DNA of 61,684 bases, filler included, from Choristocarpus tenellus KU-1152 (taxonomy: Eukaryota; Protista; Phaeophyceae): the NCBI GenBank assembly GCA_964200185.2. It is 12 parts of 12 records of this genome, joined end to end, with 100 filler letters (N's around TTAATTAATTAA, not from the genome) between each part and the next. Parts side by side here need not be neighbours in the genome. Positions count along the whole stretch, not along the records: positions 25,765 to 29,802 come from CAXNAD020016543.1; positions 29,903 to 35,855 come from CAXNAD020009328.1; positions 35,956 to 38,791 come from CAXNAD020024319.1; positions 38,892 to 42,680 come from CAXNAD020017909.1; 8 more parts are not named here. One strand, 5' to 3'. Positions 26,926 to 39,431 of the stretch are shown here, piece after piece; the first letter of the stretch is position 1; every line of letters begins with the position of its first letter. The notes beneath the pieces were generated by a model. That model was not told the DNA's origin. It searched no databases and worked only from the letters and a program-made list of their open reading frames with translations. Position numbers and translations under genes: made by a program.

Positions 26926-29720
26926 TCAAGGGATGGCCTTCATCAATCGCACAATCTCTGGCGGTGGTACATCCATAGTTCTGTCCTGAAAAGAGTGGAC
27001 CAAAGATAGTTCAATAAAAAGCAATGTAATGTGAACACTTATGAAAAGACAAATCGAGAGGTACATCCAGGCATATACCATGAGATAGGACCTCAAATTA
27101 TTTTCACATTCCACTGTGATACAATCATCAAATGTCTAACCCCCACATTCACGCAAATAAGTTACACCCTTTTGTCTGTTCGAACAGTTCAGCTTTAGAG
27201 CATTTGCATTCTCAAGTGTGAACCCCTTGTACAGAACAGTAGCACAAACACAGATGGAGCCCACGTGTTCAGCTACAAGAGAAATATTAGGTTCCAAAAG
27301 TCTTGGGACAGGAATTCACTTCAATACATTAGATAGGGCAATATGGATGCCATCACAACAATCCATCCCCCACAAATCACCACTGTAGACAATTTGATGC
27401 ATCATTCTACTGGCATTGCTCCAGGCTCTTGGGGGTGGCCAACATGGGAAATCCAACAAGCCACAGTGCTTCCTGAGGTCAGAGATGCGGCAAAGAAGTT
27501 GCAGTGTTGTAATTTAACAGTTACCTCAGGCAGTGACTTTGTTTCTGCAAGTCCTGGATTGTAACATGCTTTAAAAAGTGCAAAATCTGCTATGGTTTGA
27601 AACAACACACAGTGGTCGAAAATGCAATTGGTGTGCATAAAACAAACAATCTATTGTACAAAGTGAAGAGGGTACACCTCTATCTGTCTACCTGGCATAT
27701 TACAGCAAACGGCACTGTGTCCCTAAGTGTGCACAAAGGTTTAAACCAGAAATAGACGGGGATTGAGCTTGGGCATTTCAAGCTTCAAGACCATTCTGAA
27801 CATCATGCAATAGGCACTATGCTCATGCTTGAAATGCTGTGGAAGAGAAATTAGCTGTCAACAAATTATTTGTCGAAAATATTTCTCCACAGTGCTCAAA
27901 ACACATGTATCGTAAGGCAGTCATGGTGACCCTTACAACTCAACTACACCCCTCCCTTAAATGGGATCACTCACATGGTGACAATTGAGAATGGAAAGCA
28001 CATCCCCACAACGTAACCATCACAAGCACAATACTTAAATAGTATCCTGACACAGTGTACCTTAAAGCGTCTTAAAACGATTGTAAAACAGAAACTCTCC
28101 TTTTCAAGACTCTTCAAGTATTTCTTACGCCTAGCATATAACAAAAAGTTTTCATGTGTACCCAATGTGTTTCTGTACTCTTGGAGTAGTCCCTAATCCA
28201 GAACACTTTGCAGTATTGCAGTACAGCACAACACTGCTGCAAGTAAAACCATTTGTCGAAATATTACCAACTGCACTCGAGCAATAAGCAAATGACTCAA
28301 ACCCCTCATTTCCAATTTCCATTACCTTCGAGATATTTGAATCTCACCAATTCATTCAAATCATGATTCTCAACTCCCTCCAATGAGGAATGCGCACACT
28401 ATCTTCAACTTGAGTTGAAGATTGATTCAGCAACACAAGCATATCGAAGATTCAAACAAACCACCACCCCCACCACAACTGTTAGTGTGCATTCATTTGC
28501 ATGCACAGAAACCTTGCCACAGTAATACTACCATCACCAGCAAGAACAGTGATGTACTTCGGAGTATGTGACCCTTCACAAGTGGGTTCCTTCCCCCCCA
28601 ACTCTACCTGCACAAGACCCTCCACATCCCTCGACTTCATCCCTGAGCTCCTCCCAGCACATCTCTTCAGCAGTACACAGAGATGCTTCAGCACCCTCCT
28701 TGCCCTCTCTTCATATCCCCATGCAAACTCATCCTCCAGCTGCTTCCGAAGGTGACTCACGTCCGACAACAACGTGAGGTGCACATCAGCATCTGGGGCC
28801 TTGTCCACCCTAACTCCAAATGCCAGGGGGGAGCATGCAGTACACAAGAAGAGTGAAAGGGACAAACTATGGGCTTGGGTCATGTTTCATGGGAAAATGC
28901 ACTGGGTCTTGATCGTGATACCTCTCCAGTTCAGAGATCATTGTGGAGTTGGCTTCATGCTATAGTGGAGGGGAAGACAATATCTTTTACTCAATGAACA
29001 GGCCATGGAGTGAGGTCTTAAGTGGTCCTCACAACACTGATGGGCACTACTACAGGCACTCACAATCCTACAGTGCAGCATATGTGATAATAATAATAAC
29101 ACACACCAGTGGAGTAGGTGGAGGACTGGGAATACGTTGAGGGCACAGCCTATCCAATTTCTGGATTTAGGGGTGCTGTGTTTCTAATTGAGAAGAAGAT
29201 AAACACTTGCCCATTCCCCACCTCCGTACACACTCAGCACTATCTCGAACAAAGGTATTGGATAAGCAGCTTGTATACCACCCTTCAAGTCACACTGCCT
29301 AAGAGCCATGAGCCTTGCACATCTAACACACATCAAGACAGACAACCATTCTTGCTTAGAACCTGGGGTGTTGATCAGATCAGCCCACAAAAACCCAAAC
29401 ATGACAACCCTGGACCATATCTGTCAGTCCAGGATCGAACCTGTCAGAAACATTGGAAACTGGACCAGTCAATGGTCATAACCTCCAACTTTTTCAAAAA
29501 TTGGCGCTGTAAAGTACTTGGATGCTGTTTTGGCAGTCCCTAAAAAAGAAAACAGCAGCTAATGTAAATGGCGTAACTATCACTTTTTAAAATCACCAGA
29601 CATGAACATTTAGTGAAAATGTTGAGGGTAGTTTTCCCATCCAAGAATGTTCAAGGACGTTGTCTGACAAAGACCAAAAACAAGACAATATTCCAAAGCA
29701 TTTCAGTTCAAAAAGCACCA
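26926..29720 (-). CDS. Orphan multi-exon protein-coding gene (partial)
   Basis: Six consecutive short exons join in phase: ...RVLKHLCVLLKRCAGRSSGMKSRDVEGLVQ|CAHSSLEGVENHDLNELVRFKYLE|ETHWVHMKTFCYMLG|HFKHEHSAYCMMFRMVLKLEMPKLNPVYFWFKPLCTLRDTVPFAVICQ|TIADFALFKACYNPGLAETKSLPE|DRTMDVPPPEIVRLMK. Upstream exon candidates lie at ~29221-29410 and ~29595-29710. Confidence 0.6.
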
Positions 29721-30168
29721 AATGAGGACTGGGGATAAGATCCTTGCCTACAGAGGGAGCGGCCCAGGCTCTCCACACAAGCCCAACCCCCCCCTCGTCC
29801 CANNNNNNNNNNNNNNNNNNNNNNNNNNNNNNNNNNNNNNNNNNNNTTAATTAATTAANNNNNNNNNNNNNNNNNNNNNNNNNNNNNNNNNNNNNNNNNN
29901 NNCCGAAACGAACGCCCCCTCACATCCCCCCCCTCCCCAGATACTTTTGACCCTATTCTTGTTCGTCCATTTTTCCTGAGGGGACTGACTAACCCAATCT
30001 ACTGTGTGAGGCACTAGACCCGTAGACAATGCGCCACTCCTCTCATAGCACTACCTAATATCACCATATAAACAATACAAGTATCTTAGGCCAACCCCAT
30101 GAATCTTGTGCTGAACATCAGTGCTCCCCTACAGTTACATCGAACAATCCAATCACCCATTTTCCTTT

Positions 30169-30213
<45 letters not shown>

Positions 30214-30504
30214 ACCACCCCAAAAAAACAAAAACACAACATAGATCGTACTTCCCAACTCCTTCCACCTCCCACCTCCCACTCTCTTTTTTATCCCTAA
30301 CACTTCAACACCATCGAAGGCATTCATTCTTCTACCGCCCCCTATCACAACAACACGGATGCCCCACCAAATATATAAAAAAAGGTGCACATGACAACAA
30401 AACACACTAGCTTTTATTGTACATATCTTGACAGGGACCACAAAAACAAGAAAATTCGGTTTCAGCCCAACCAACTACTAGCAAAAAATAAATAAATAAA
30501 TCAC

Positions 30505-33500
30505 CTGCTCTTCAACGTCCCACTCATCCCCACTGTGAAGGCACGATGGATACCTCCTCCTCGCCGCAGCCCCCCCATCTTCTTCTTCCTCCTCCTTAAC
30601 CTTTTCCTGGATTTCCCTCAAGAGCGGCACCAAGCCCGCCTTCAGTTCCTGGAAAACCTCAGTCAGTCGCTCCACAGACATGCCTCTCTCGTACTTGTCC
30701 ACACACCTGATAGGTGTCCATCTCAGGACGGGTCGCGGCTGCCACTTCCTTCTGTAGACTCACAATCTGCGGGGAAAGAAACGGAAATAAATAAAGACAT
30801 AATAAAATGTTTGGCAAGGCAGGGGGGAGGTTGGTACACGGTAGCGGAGTACACAAAAGGTTTACACGAGGACGCAGGCGTGTTCATGCACACGAGAGAT
30901 GGATGCCGTGAGTGTGTGGCGCTATCAAATAGTCAAAAGGTTTGTAGTTTCGGGAGGAGGCGTTTCTACTCAGCTCTCCGTAAGTTAGAAGCTCATTGCT
31001 GTTCTCGAATGACTCAACTCGAGAAGAGGCATTCCAGCATTTACTCAACAACATTGGGAGGCCTTGTTTATGTGTGTGTGTGTGTGTGTAGAGGGCTTAG
31101 GGTGAGAGGCTAGATAAGGACACAGCAAGGGCTATGGTGAACAAAGAGCTCAATAGAGACAAGATACACACATAGGGTTAGTGTTAAGGCTAGGTCCAGA
31201 ATAACTAAGCATCTTTCCCAACATACTATTAGTACTGAAGATTGACCACAGTGATGCTGTACATCAAATGTACGATTGCTGAAATAGACACATGTCAACA
31301 CCATCAGAGGCAGGTGCCAGGATTCCCCCTGGCAACCTGCCACCACTACATCAACTTTAACATGCTCAAGTACATACGCATATTATGTATATGTGTGTAC
31401 ATACCCATCTGTGAATATCAGCAGGAGGGCTTGGCAAAGCATGGCACTTGCTGGTCACACCTCACAATTATCCCTCTCTTTACATGAGGAGAGGCAGGCT
31501 AAGCCACATGTTCCCACCAAAACAGCAGCAGCGTTGTCTTTAGGGATATCTGAATTCTGCTTTGTGAACCTCAGACAATAACTGCCTGTAAAAAATCAAT
31601 GCCCATCTTTAAGGTACACCTTGTTCGCTACTGAAAGGCTGTATCCACCCTGCACTGCACACCTAATGAATACTACCCTACAACTGGATCCACTACTATT
31701 ACAGACCTTGAGACTTAAAGTCCACATTGACATCACATGGGAATTGTATACGGCTCAGCACTGATCCAACAAATTATCAATAAAATAACATCTGCATGAT
31801 CAGTCATCGCGCAGCACGCACGCGCACACACACACGCAAGTGCGCGACCTTGTTGATCATCCCAATACCTCAGAACAAACCCCACACCTCACAAAACAAA
31901 CATGTACAACAACCCTGATAAATTTGCCGGAGAACTGACCCACACGCAGAACTTTCTCGAGACTCTTTCCACTCCCCTACCTCCCCCAATAGCGGTGCAA
32001 ATATCCCCCAGTCATTCTTGGCCCTTGCTTCCACCCAGGCAGCACAGCCACGACCTTCCAGCTTCGCCTCCCTGGACGCTAACTCCTTGGTTTTCCGACT
32101 GTCATGTGCATAGTCACGACTTGCATCTCGAATCACTGCTAACTCAGCCTCTGTCAGGTCGTATGAGTCCTGGGGCATGGTGGGCGGGCCGGGGGGGGGT
32201 AGGTGTGTGGAAGCCATAGCTGCCAGGTTACTTGCACACATGAGGTGGCACACAACTTGAATGCAATTCGTTGTATTCTGTTTGCTGGTAGTAGCATCAC
32301 GAAGTGTGTGACAAATAAACTGCTGTGATTGTAAGAGTTTGTTTACTTCATTTTTTTGTGATGCGTTGAATTGTATTCAAGTCCATTTGTTGCAATGCCG
32401 TGTAAAGCGGGAGGCCTTCACTGCAGAAGGAGCAGGAAAATGACGAGTGGGACATCTTTTGAAGTGTACACAATACTAGCATCCAATAATGGGTGTTAGG
32501 GTCTAGCCCAAAGACCCTGCTGCACAGTACCATACAACTATGAAACACAGTACCCATCCTTGCCGGAAATACACTCACGAGGAGTACTTAATCCTTTCCC
32601 TGTGGACAAACAGATGCCTTAATGTTTCCTTGCTCCACTACAAGTACACTACAACATCCTTCAAGGGTGTACCTACAGTTATGGCACTGAGTTCACACAT
32701 TTTTTTTTCTTCTAGAACTGTACTTATAATGTTGCTAGTGTGCACAAACTGCCATCGCAAGTACTACCAACAACACAGCCCCCCACCAAACTCAACTCTC
32801 CCCCTGCTCACGCCTTCCTAACCTTCTAAACAGATCCTGCATCCCTCCCACATGTCCCTCCCCCCCCCTCTCCCCTGCAAGTAACATGCCTTTCACGAGA
32901 ACGTTGAAGTGTTAGAGGCACAGGAAAACACACACACACACACACCTCTCCCTTGAGTCATTCCAGAATATCCCCCAATGTGCGGTCAACCTTCTTCTCA
33001 TGGAGAACACCTGCAAGGGCAGCTTTTTGCAGGCCACGGGCCTTGGAGGCCCCGGCAGGCATCATGACCTGCAGTATGTCAAGCATTAAGTACGGGCGTG
33101 GTATGAGTGTGTGTACGGGGAGAGTATTCACAGATGTAGGCACGTATGTCTAAGTGTAAGGTATTGCGGGTGAAGATGTAAAGATGTATTAAGTATGGGT
33201 ATGGGTGGGTGCAGCGGTTGTGTAGCTGTAAGAGAGATTTAGGTACTGGGCGTTGTGATCCACAAAGTGTAGAGGAATCAGAAGAATACACACACACACA
33301 CACATGTACACACAGATGAAAAACGGAAATTTATTGAGAAGAGGCACATTACAGGTCGAAATCCAACTACTGTATGTACACAGTTGCTATCTGCTACCTG
33401 GGATGTGTTCTAGACCAAAAGGAAGTCCACCAGGTATGTATGGCAATATAATAGTAATGACAAAGGTGCGATACAGTGGGTTGCTACTTGTCTGAACTCT

Positions 33501-34824
33501 TTTAGTGCATTGCAGGTATGTACAGCATGGTAGTGTAGAGTAGGGAAGGACCAACGGAAATTTTGGGAGAAAGCACAATGGTGGGAACTATGATCCTCCG
33601 ATTAGGGCAGTGCTTACTTTGGCTGTGGTCTGATAGCCTGAAAAAGTTTACTACAAGGAATATTTTACTGAAATGAACTTGATATTGCAACAAATCCATG
33701 TATTTGAAGGCGTGTCCCACAGAACTTTGCTCCCACTGTCCTTCAATTATATTCTTCTTGGCACAATGCCCCACACATTGCAGCAGTACCCACTACTCTC
33801 TACTGTTCCGGGAGTGATACCATCTAATAGGGGGGTGTCGTTGAGCTTCTTCAGGGTTTCTGACTACTTTGTGGTATATGTGTTTTGAGTGCTGTGCAGG
33901 GTACTCTCTGCAAACAGTGTGTCCACAGTTAAATCGCTTTCTACAGTCACACCCTCCGAACGGCGGTCAGGTACATTACACGCATGGGCATGGCGTGTAC
34001 TGCACAAAGTTTAAAAACACCTTGAACTCAGAAGGGCCAAAAGAGCCCTCTCTCAGAGATGATTTCACTTGCATCACTAGGTGATCGTATCGCTCCCTGT
34101 GGTACTATGTCCACCTGCTCATCCCAGAAGAGGAGGTTCTGCACACTATTGAGTCTTTCCACCTCTCTCAGCCTGTCACAGAGTTCTTCATAAAGTTGCC
34201 TGTGTTCGAGAACCGCACTTATGGGGGTATGAAATTCCTCAACTGAAACTGTCGCAGACAAAGGCGCGACAGATGAGTGGTACCTTCATTTTGGAGGTAC
34301 AACCAGTGGGGCAAAGGAGGGGCTCATTGAAGAGACTGGATGCATTATGTGTCATGATACGCCCACTATGCTGTACACGCGGTTAACAAGTTCATGGTTG
34401 GGTAGAAAGAGAAGCACTTGTCACGAGTGTTGGCATTGACAGGTCACCAGTTTCGAGGGTAAAATGTCCAGAGGCTGGAGAAAGGATGTAGACTTCGGGT
34501 ACTTGTACGTTGTTGAATATTTGAGACCTATTTTGGAGCATAGACTAGCCCCAAATCTTGCTGAAGGTTGAGTTCTGCCTATTGCAGCGACCATGGTATT
34601 GATTGAATAGAGTAACATCGATGTGCTCTTCTTTGGGGGTGAAAGTAGCGTGTAATGTCGCAGTGTTGGGCTGCTCACCTGGTAGCAGCTGGAGCTGGCG
34701 AGGTAGATGTCACACCACTTAGGAAAGGCGTCACTCCTACCACCCTTAGTGCAGAGAAGGGAATCCTTATTCGACAAGATACTGGAGAGAATGCCACAAG
34801 ACTACAGGAGATCATTGTCTTCAT
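30505..34824 (-). pseudogene. Peptidase M32 (carboxypeptidase Taq family), N-terminal half, disrupted. Exons 34824-34679, 34283-34115, ~33068-32946, 32169-31981, 30766-30505
   Basis: LYEELCDRLREVERLNSVQNLLFWDEQ|VMMPAGASKARGLQKAALAGVLHEK, AWVEARAKNDWGIFAPLL and DKYERGMSVERLTEVFQELKAGLVPLL are typical M32 segments. There is an in-frame TGA at 32960-32958 and a frameshift at ~30700-30707. Confidence 0.85.
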
Positions 34825-36367
34825 CGAGGTCACCAAAGGTGGAATGATTTTGTAATTCTATAGACCTAACTAGCTCTATGTCGTATCTAACCATTCTTTG
34901 TAAAATACATACAATAATAGTAGTATTTAATCTTTACGTCAACTCGTTGTTTAGTGATGGTGGTCTCACAGCGTCTGTAGTCACCTGGTTTGCTTCAAGT
35001 ACAGTCGATGCAATGGCATCAGAACTCTACTCCGCAATCCATCTAGCATCTCGAACCACACATGCTTAGCCTACCCTGGTGAAACCATGGTTGTGCTTGT
35101 AGGGTTCGTTATTCTTTTTCGCCATCTGGGATCTCTTTCACGCGCCTCTTCCTCGCCACCTTCCTGGAGTTGCCCATTTTCAGTAACTTATCTCAGCAAC
35201 TATACAAGGAAAATTGAGGCGCGGTTTGTCGGAAGAAAAGCCTTGGAAGTCCCTTTACACAACCTGTCGACACCACCGTACCTTCTACCTGTTGACAAAA
35301 TTCGTATTCCATCATATATAACAAAAAATAAATTAGTGAATAAAAATCCCTACTTCTAAAATTCTAAGAAGCAAAACTATCTTAGTGGAATTGCGCACTA
35401 TCTATCCAAACCTCAACATCATCCATTATTATTTGATCTTAATCGACTCAACACGAAAAAAGTTTCAGTGTAACAGTGCGCTGTTGTAGAGAGGAGAACT
35501 GACTGTTGCATGGGTAGGGGAACACCAACTTCACAACTGCGTGGGGAAAGGATTCCGAAAAAAGGAAAATATGGGTCAAATTCCCAAGCCCCAAGCCTAA
35601 CAATAACTACCGAACTAGTTGTGAATTGTAGCATTTCAATACTGTTTTAACAGTGATACCGTTGGTGGTTGCATTGAAAAGTTTGGTTGGTCGGTCTTTC
35701 CTTTCATGTCAAGGTACAGACAGGCACTCTGTACTCTCCTGAAACAATTTCATCTAAGTGATGTCAACACATCTTAATGCTACAATTTGATAAGTACATC
35801 AAACGCTTTAGAAACAGCCGATCACCAAAATTGAGGATGGAGCATACTATGGAGGNNNNNNNNNNNNNNNNNNNNNNNNNNNNNNNNNNNNNNNNNNNNT
35901 TAATTAATTAANNNNNNNNNNNNNNNNNNNNNNNNNNNNNNNNNNNNNNNNNNNNCCCCCCCAGATACTTTGGGTCACAAATGAGTCGTCTATGTTTTAA
36001 CACCACACCCTAATGGGTTTGGCATATCTTGTGGATAACTGATTTGTTTGTGCTTGATTCCTCCGATATCTGTTTTTTGTTAGCAGTCGCGCACTGTTTG
36101 TCCTTCAATTCGTAGTCTTTGTTATTCAGAGCAATCTCTAGCTGGAATAGAACCAGGCAACATCCGAACAATCTTTCTTAAAGTGAAATAAAGGAAAGTC
36201 TGGTGGGAAAACGGGGATGCTTGAGAACCAGATAACAAAGTATGAAGAAGCCCACAAGGTATGGCAATGATGACGTTTGATGCTGAAAACATTGTAGATT
36301 GGTGTATGGTGTGAATGGGATATGGGTGGTGAAATGGGCAGATTCAGACACAATGCAAGGAGATACC

Positions 36368-36744
36368 TGTTAAAACATAGGCTACTCATTCGATTTGCTT
36401 TGATGCGATACCGTATCGTCAGTCCATACTGAACGCTGATTTGTCCATTGCAATGGCCGCTATTCCCATTTACATCACTAGCTCGTTAGCTCATCATCAC
36501 AACCCACTCAGAAGATGTGTGACAGTATAGTTACGTTAGATACGGATCCAAACTTGGCTTCTTCTTTCTTCCTGTGTTACTTCATACAGCACCTGATCAA
36601 CACCATCCCCCCCCATCAACACAACACAGCACCTGCTCAAGATCACACACACACCCCATCTACACACCATAGCTCCTGCTCAAGAAACACGCCATACACA
36701 CCACAACCAACAACACACAACTCATACGAAATCAGGTTTCAACA
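36368..36744 (+). mobile_element. Short solo LTR (377 bp)
   Basis: Runs from TGTTAAAACATAGGCTACTCA to ATCAGGTTTCAACA. Flanks ATACC and ATATC form a 5-bp target-site duplication with one mismatch. Confidence 0.7.
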
Positions 36745-38311
36745 ATATCCAGGGTAATCCGGAGGAAAAGGGATAACCAAGGACTGAGTGCGATGTTACG
36801 ATGAAGCGAAAGGGGATAGACGCGCAAGTGTGGAGTTGGACCGATCCCAACTGTAGTGGTCCTGGCAGATGTGGGAGTAAATGTAAATATAAATACTTTA
36901 GGACATCAATGTCAATACTCTATAGGTTGGTACACACAACAGGCGGAGAAGCCTTGAGTGCCCTGCCAGAGATATATTCAACGTGGTATATACCAGGACG
37001 AATCGTAGAGTGGGTCACTTATGTCATTAACATCGTTATCCCATGGCGTCCACAATACAAATAAAAGATAATGGGTCAGGGGAGGAGCAGTGTGCCTGAT
37101 ACATCCTTGCAGAGTGCTTGCCGGTAAGATATTGCTTGAGATGTAGAGCTAAGGCAGATACCAGATCTATATCGATCAGTGATAGAGTGAGTGGGTCGTT
37201 TTTCTGCTACCGATATTATTCACCCTAATCCATATGGTAAGAAACATGGAACAATGACGGCTCAATGTATGATGATGCAGAGGTGGCTACTTAGCAAAAG
37301 GATCACGGTAATCCTACCTTCACGACAACAAAAATAATACCAAGTTAAGGATCACACAAAAGGGGTCACTGAGAACAGATACATGTAGCACTCCATAGAC
37401 GGTGCATGTATTGTGCTCTGACACCGAGTTACCACACACCCTTCACACTACCCTATATGTCCAGCTAGTAATGTGAAGAGAAAGTAAACAATATATTGAT
37501 CCTAACAAATTCGACAATCCGTCACTGTACCCGACCCTTCTCACAACCTGCAGTCACACATACTTTTCATCTCTGCTTGACAAGTCTTGCCACATGCGCA
37601 AACACTTCAGTATGAAACACCAACACAGAATCCTAGCCAACACCCCCTGGTCGAACTGTTGCCCAGCTCTCCCTCTCTCTTTTCCATTCCGCTCCTTCTT
37701 GTTGCGGACTCAACAGTATTTCAGCCAAGGGTGCATGCAGTAGGCCTGCCTCTGCTGAACGAGCAACTCTCTCCTATGTGCCTGTCCCGACAGTGAACCG
37801 GAACGTTGAAGAGGGGTCTGCTGTGCCCATGGAAAATTATGGAATCTCGAACTTGGAAGAGTCACCAGCAGTGAACTGGAATCTCAATGACGAGTTAGTC
37901 ATGTCTGTACCAGGAGGCTTCACGGGTATTGCTTCCCCTACAGGAGGATTTGATGCAGAAGGTTTTCCATCCGAGAATGGGGAGGTCTGGGGTGCTGCCA
38001 CACCATTCCCAATGCTTGGCCCAATGCTGGGAGAAGTGGTTCTAGGTGTGATGGAGAGATAGCACGATGATGGGTGCAGGGAGCGAAATCCAATTGAAGA
38101 GGAGAAAATGATGAGAACAATCACAGGGCAAGGATCAAGGGGCGGAAGAACAGGTACACACACAGGTACAAAAGCAGAGAGGACAGTTGCAGTTAGCTGC
38201 AATAGTGGTTATTGGTATAAGTCGGTCCATAGAGAAAAGCAGTGGTTACTTGACAGGCGATGATATTAGAGTCTACTGGCTACCCCCCGGGGGGGCCGTC
38301 TGTCCTTATCC

Positions 38312-38566
38312 TTAAGTACCTTAGGGGATAGGGTCGTGTCGATTTGGGGGTCAAAATCCATTGTTGTGATTTGTATGTAATTTTGGCTATTGTGTTTGTT
38401 GGGAAGTGTCAGTATCCTTGTTTCGAGCACACCATTTCATAACATATATATTTTACCTACTCCTAGACATTTTGGAATAGGAGAATGTCATAAAAAACCT
38501 CATGGGAAGCCAAGCCCCAAGTGGATAAACAGGGCAAAACTCGTACCCTCTAAGATACTTTCACTC
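38312..38566 (+). mobile_element. MITE family B copy
   Basis: Colinear with 590-842; right end CCCTCTAAGATACTTTCACTC. Confidence 0.8.
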
Positions 38567-38715
38567 ATAGACAGCTGTGATATTCACCTAGGACGGTGTT
38601 GTCATCAATAATAATTACTCTTATGGTAGCGAACACAAAATATCTGCAATCCTTGCTTCTAGTACCACCACTTCAGAATGTAAAATATTTCAACAATGGT
38701 GATGGAATGAGCACG

Positions 38716-38721
38716 CGCACA

Positions 38722-38770
<49 letters not shown>
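38716..38770. repeat. (CA)n microsatellite. Others at ~31070-31089, 32927-32945 and 33287-33304
   Basis: Direct reading of the sequence. Confidence 0.9.
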
Positions 38771-38772
<2 letters not shown>

Positions 38773-39172
38773 GGCTTAAAGTATCTGGGGGNNNNNNNNN
38801 NNNNNNNNNNNNNNNNNNNNNNNNNNNNNNNNNNNTTAATTAATTAANNNNNNNNNNNNNNNNNNNNNNNNNNNNNNNNNNNNNNNNNNNNCACGCGCGT
38901 ATACTGCTCGCGCCAGTCAAAGCGCGGGAAGAAATACTCGCGCTACTCGCCTGTGACAGTTATGTATAGTGATGAATAGGAGGATGGGAGAATGTTCAAC
39001 ATGAAAATTGCGGTGGTTAATTAATCAGTCCTCAAAGTGGAGAAGATCTTGCAACAAGTGAACTTCAACTGAGAATAATTGAGTGCCTGCGTTGGCTAGT
39101 AAAATCTATACTATATGTACCAGGTCCAGAGGAGGGCACAGTTTGGTAGAAGTGGGGTTTTTTGGTGTCTTT

Positions 39173-39431
39173 GAGCCAAAATATCTTAGAGGATAGAGCC
39201 GTGTCTATTTGGGGGCCAATATCGAATGTTGCGATTTTGATGTAATTTTGGCTATTACGTTTGTTAGTAAGTGTCAATATCCATGATCCAGACACATCTT
39301 GTCATGACGTACACATTTTACCTACTCCTAAACATTTTGGAGTAGGAAAATGTCTAAAAAATAAACATGGGAAGTCAAGCCTCAAATGGACAAATAGGGC
39401 AAAACTCGTACCCTCTAAGATACTTTCACTC
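39173..39431 (+). mobile_element. MITE family B, full copy
   Basis: Terminal inverted repeats GAGCCAAAATATCTTAGAGG ... CCTCTAAGATACTTTCACTC. Confidence 0.85.

Noticed and set aside
32958-32960. Genome-wide stop-codon reassignment or selenocysteine at the M32 TGA
   Set aside because: GH81 ends in TGA and eIF2-beta in TAA at the expected positions, and GH81 has no internal stops. The M32 gene also has a frameshift, and the position is not an obvious Cys site.
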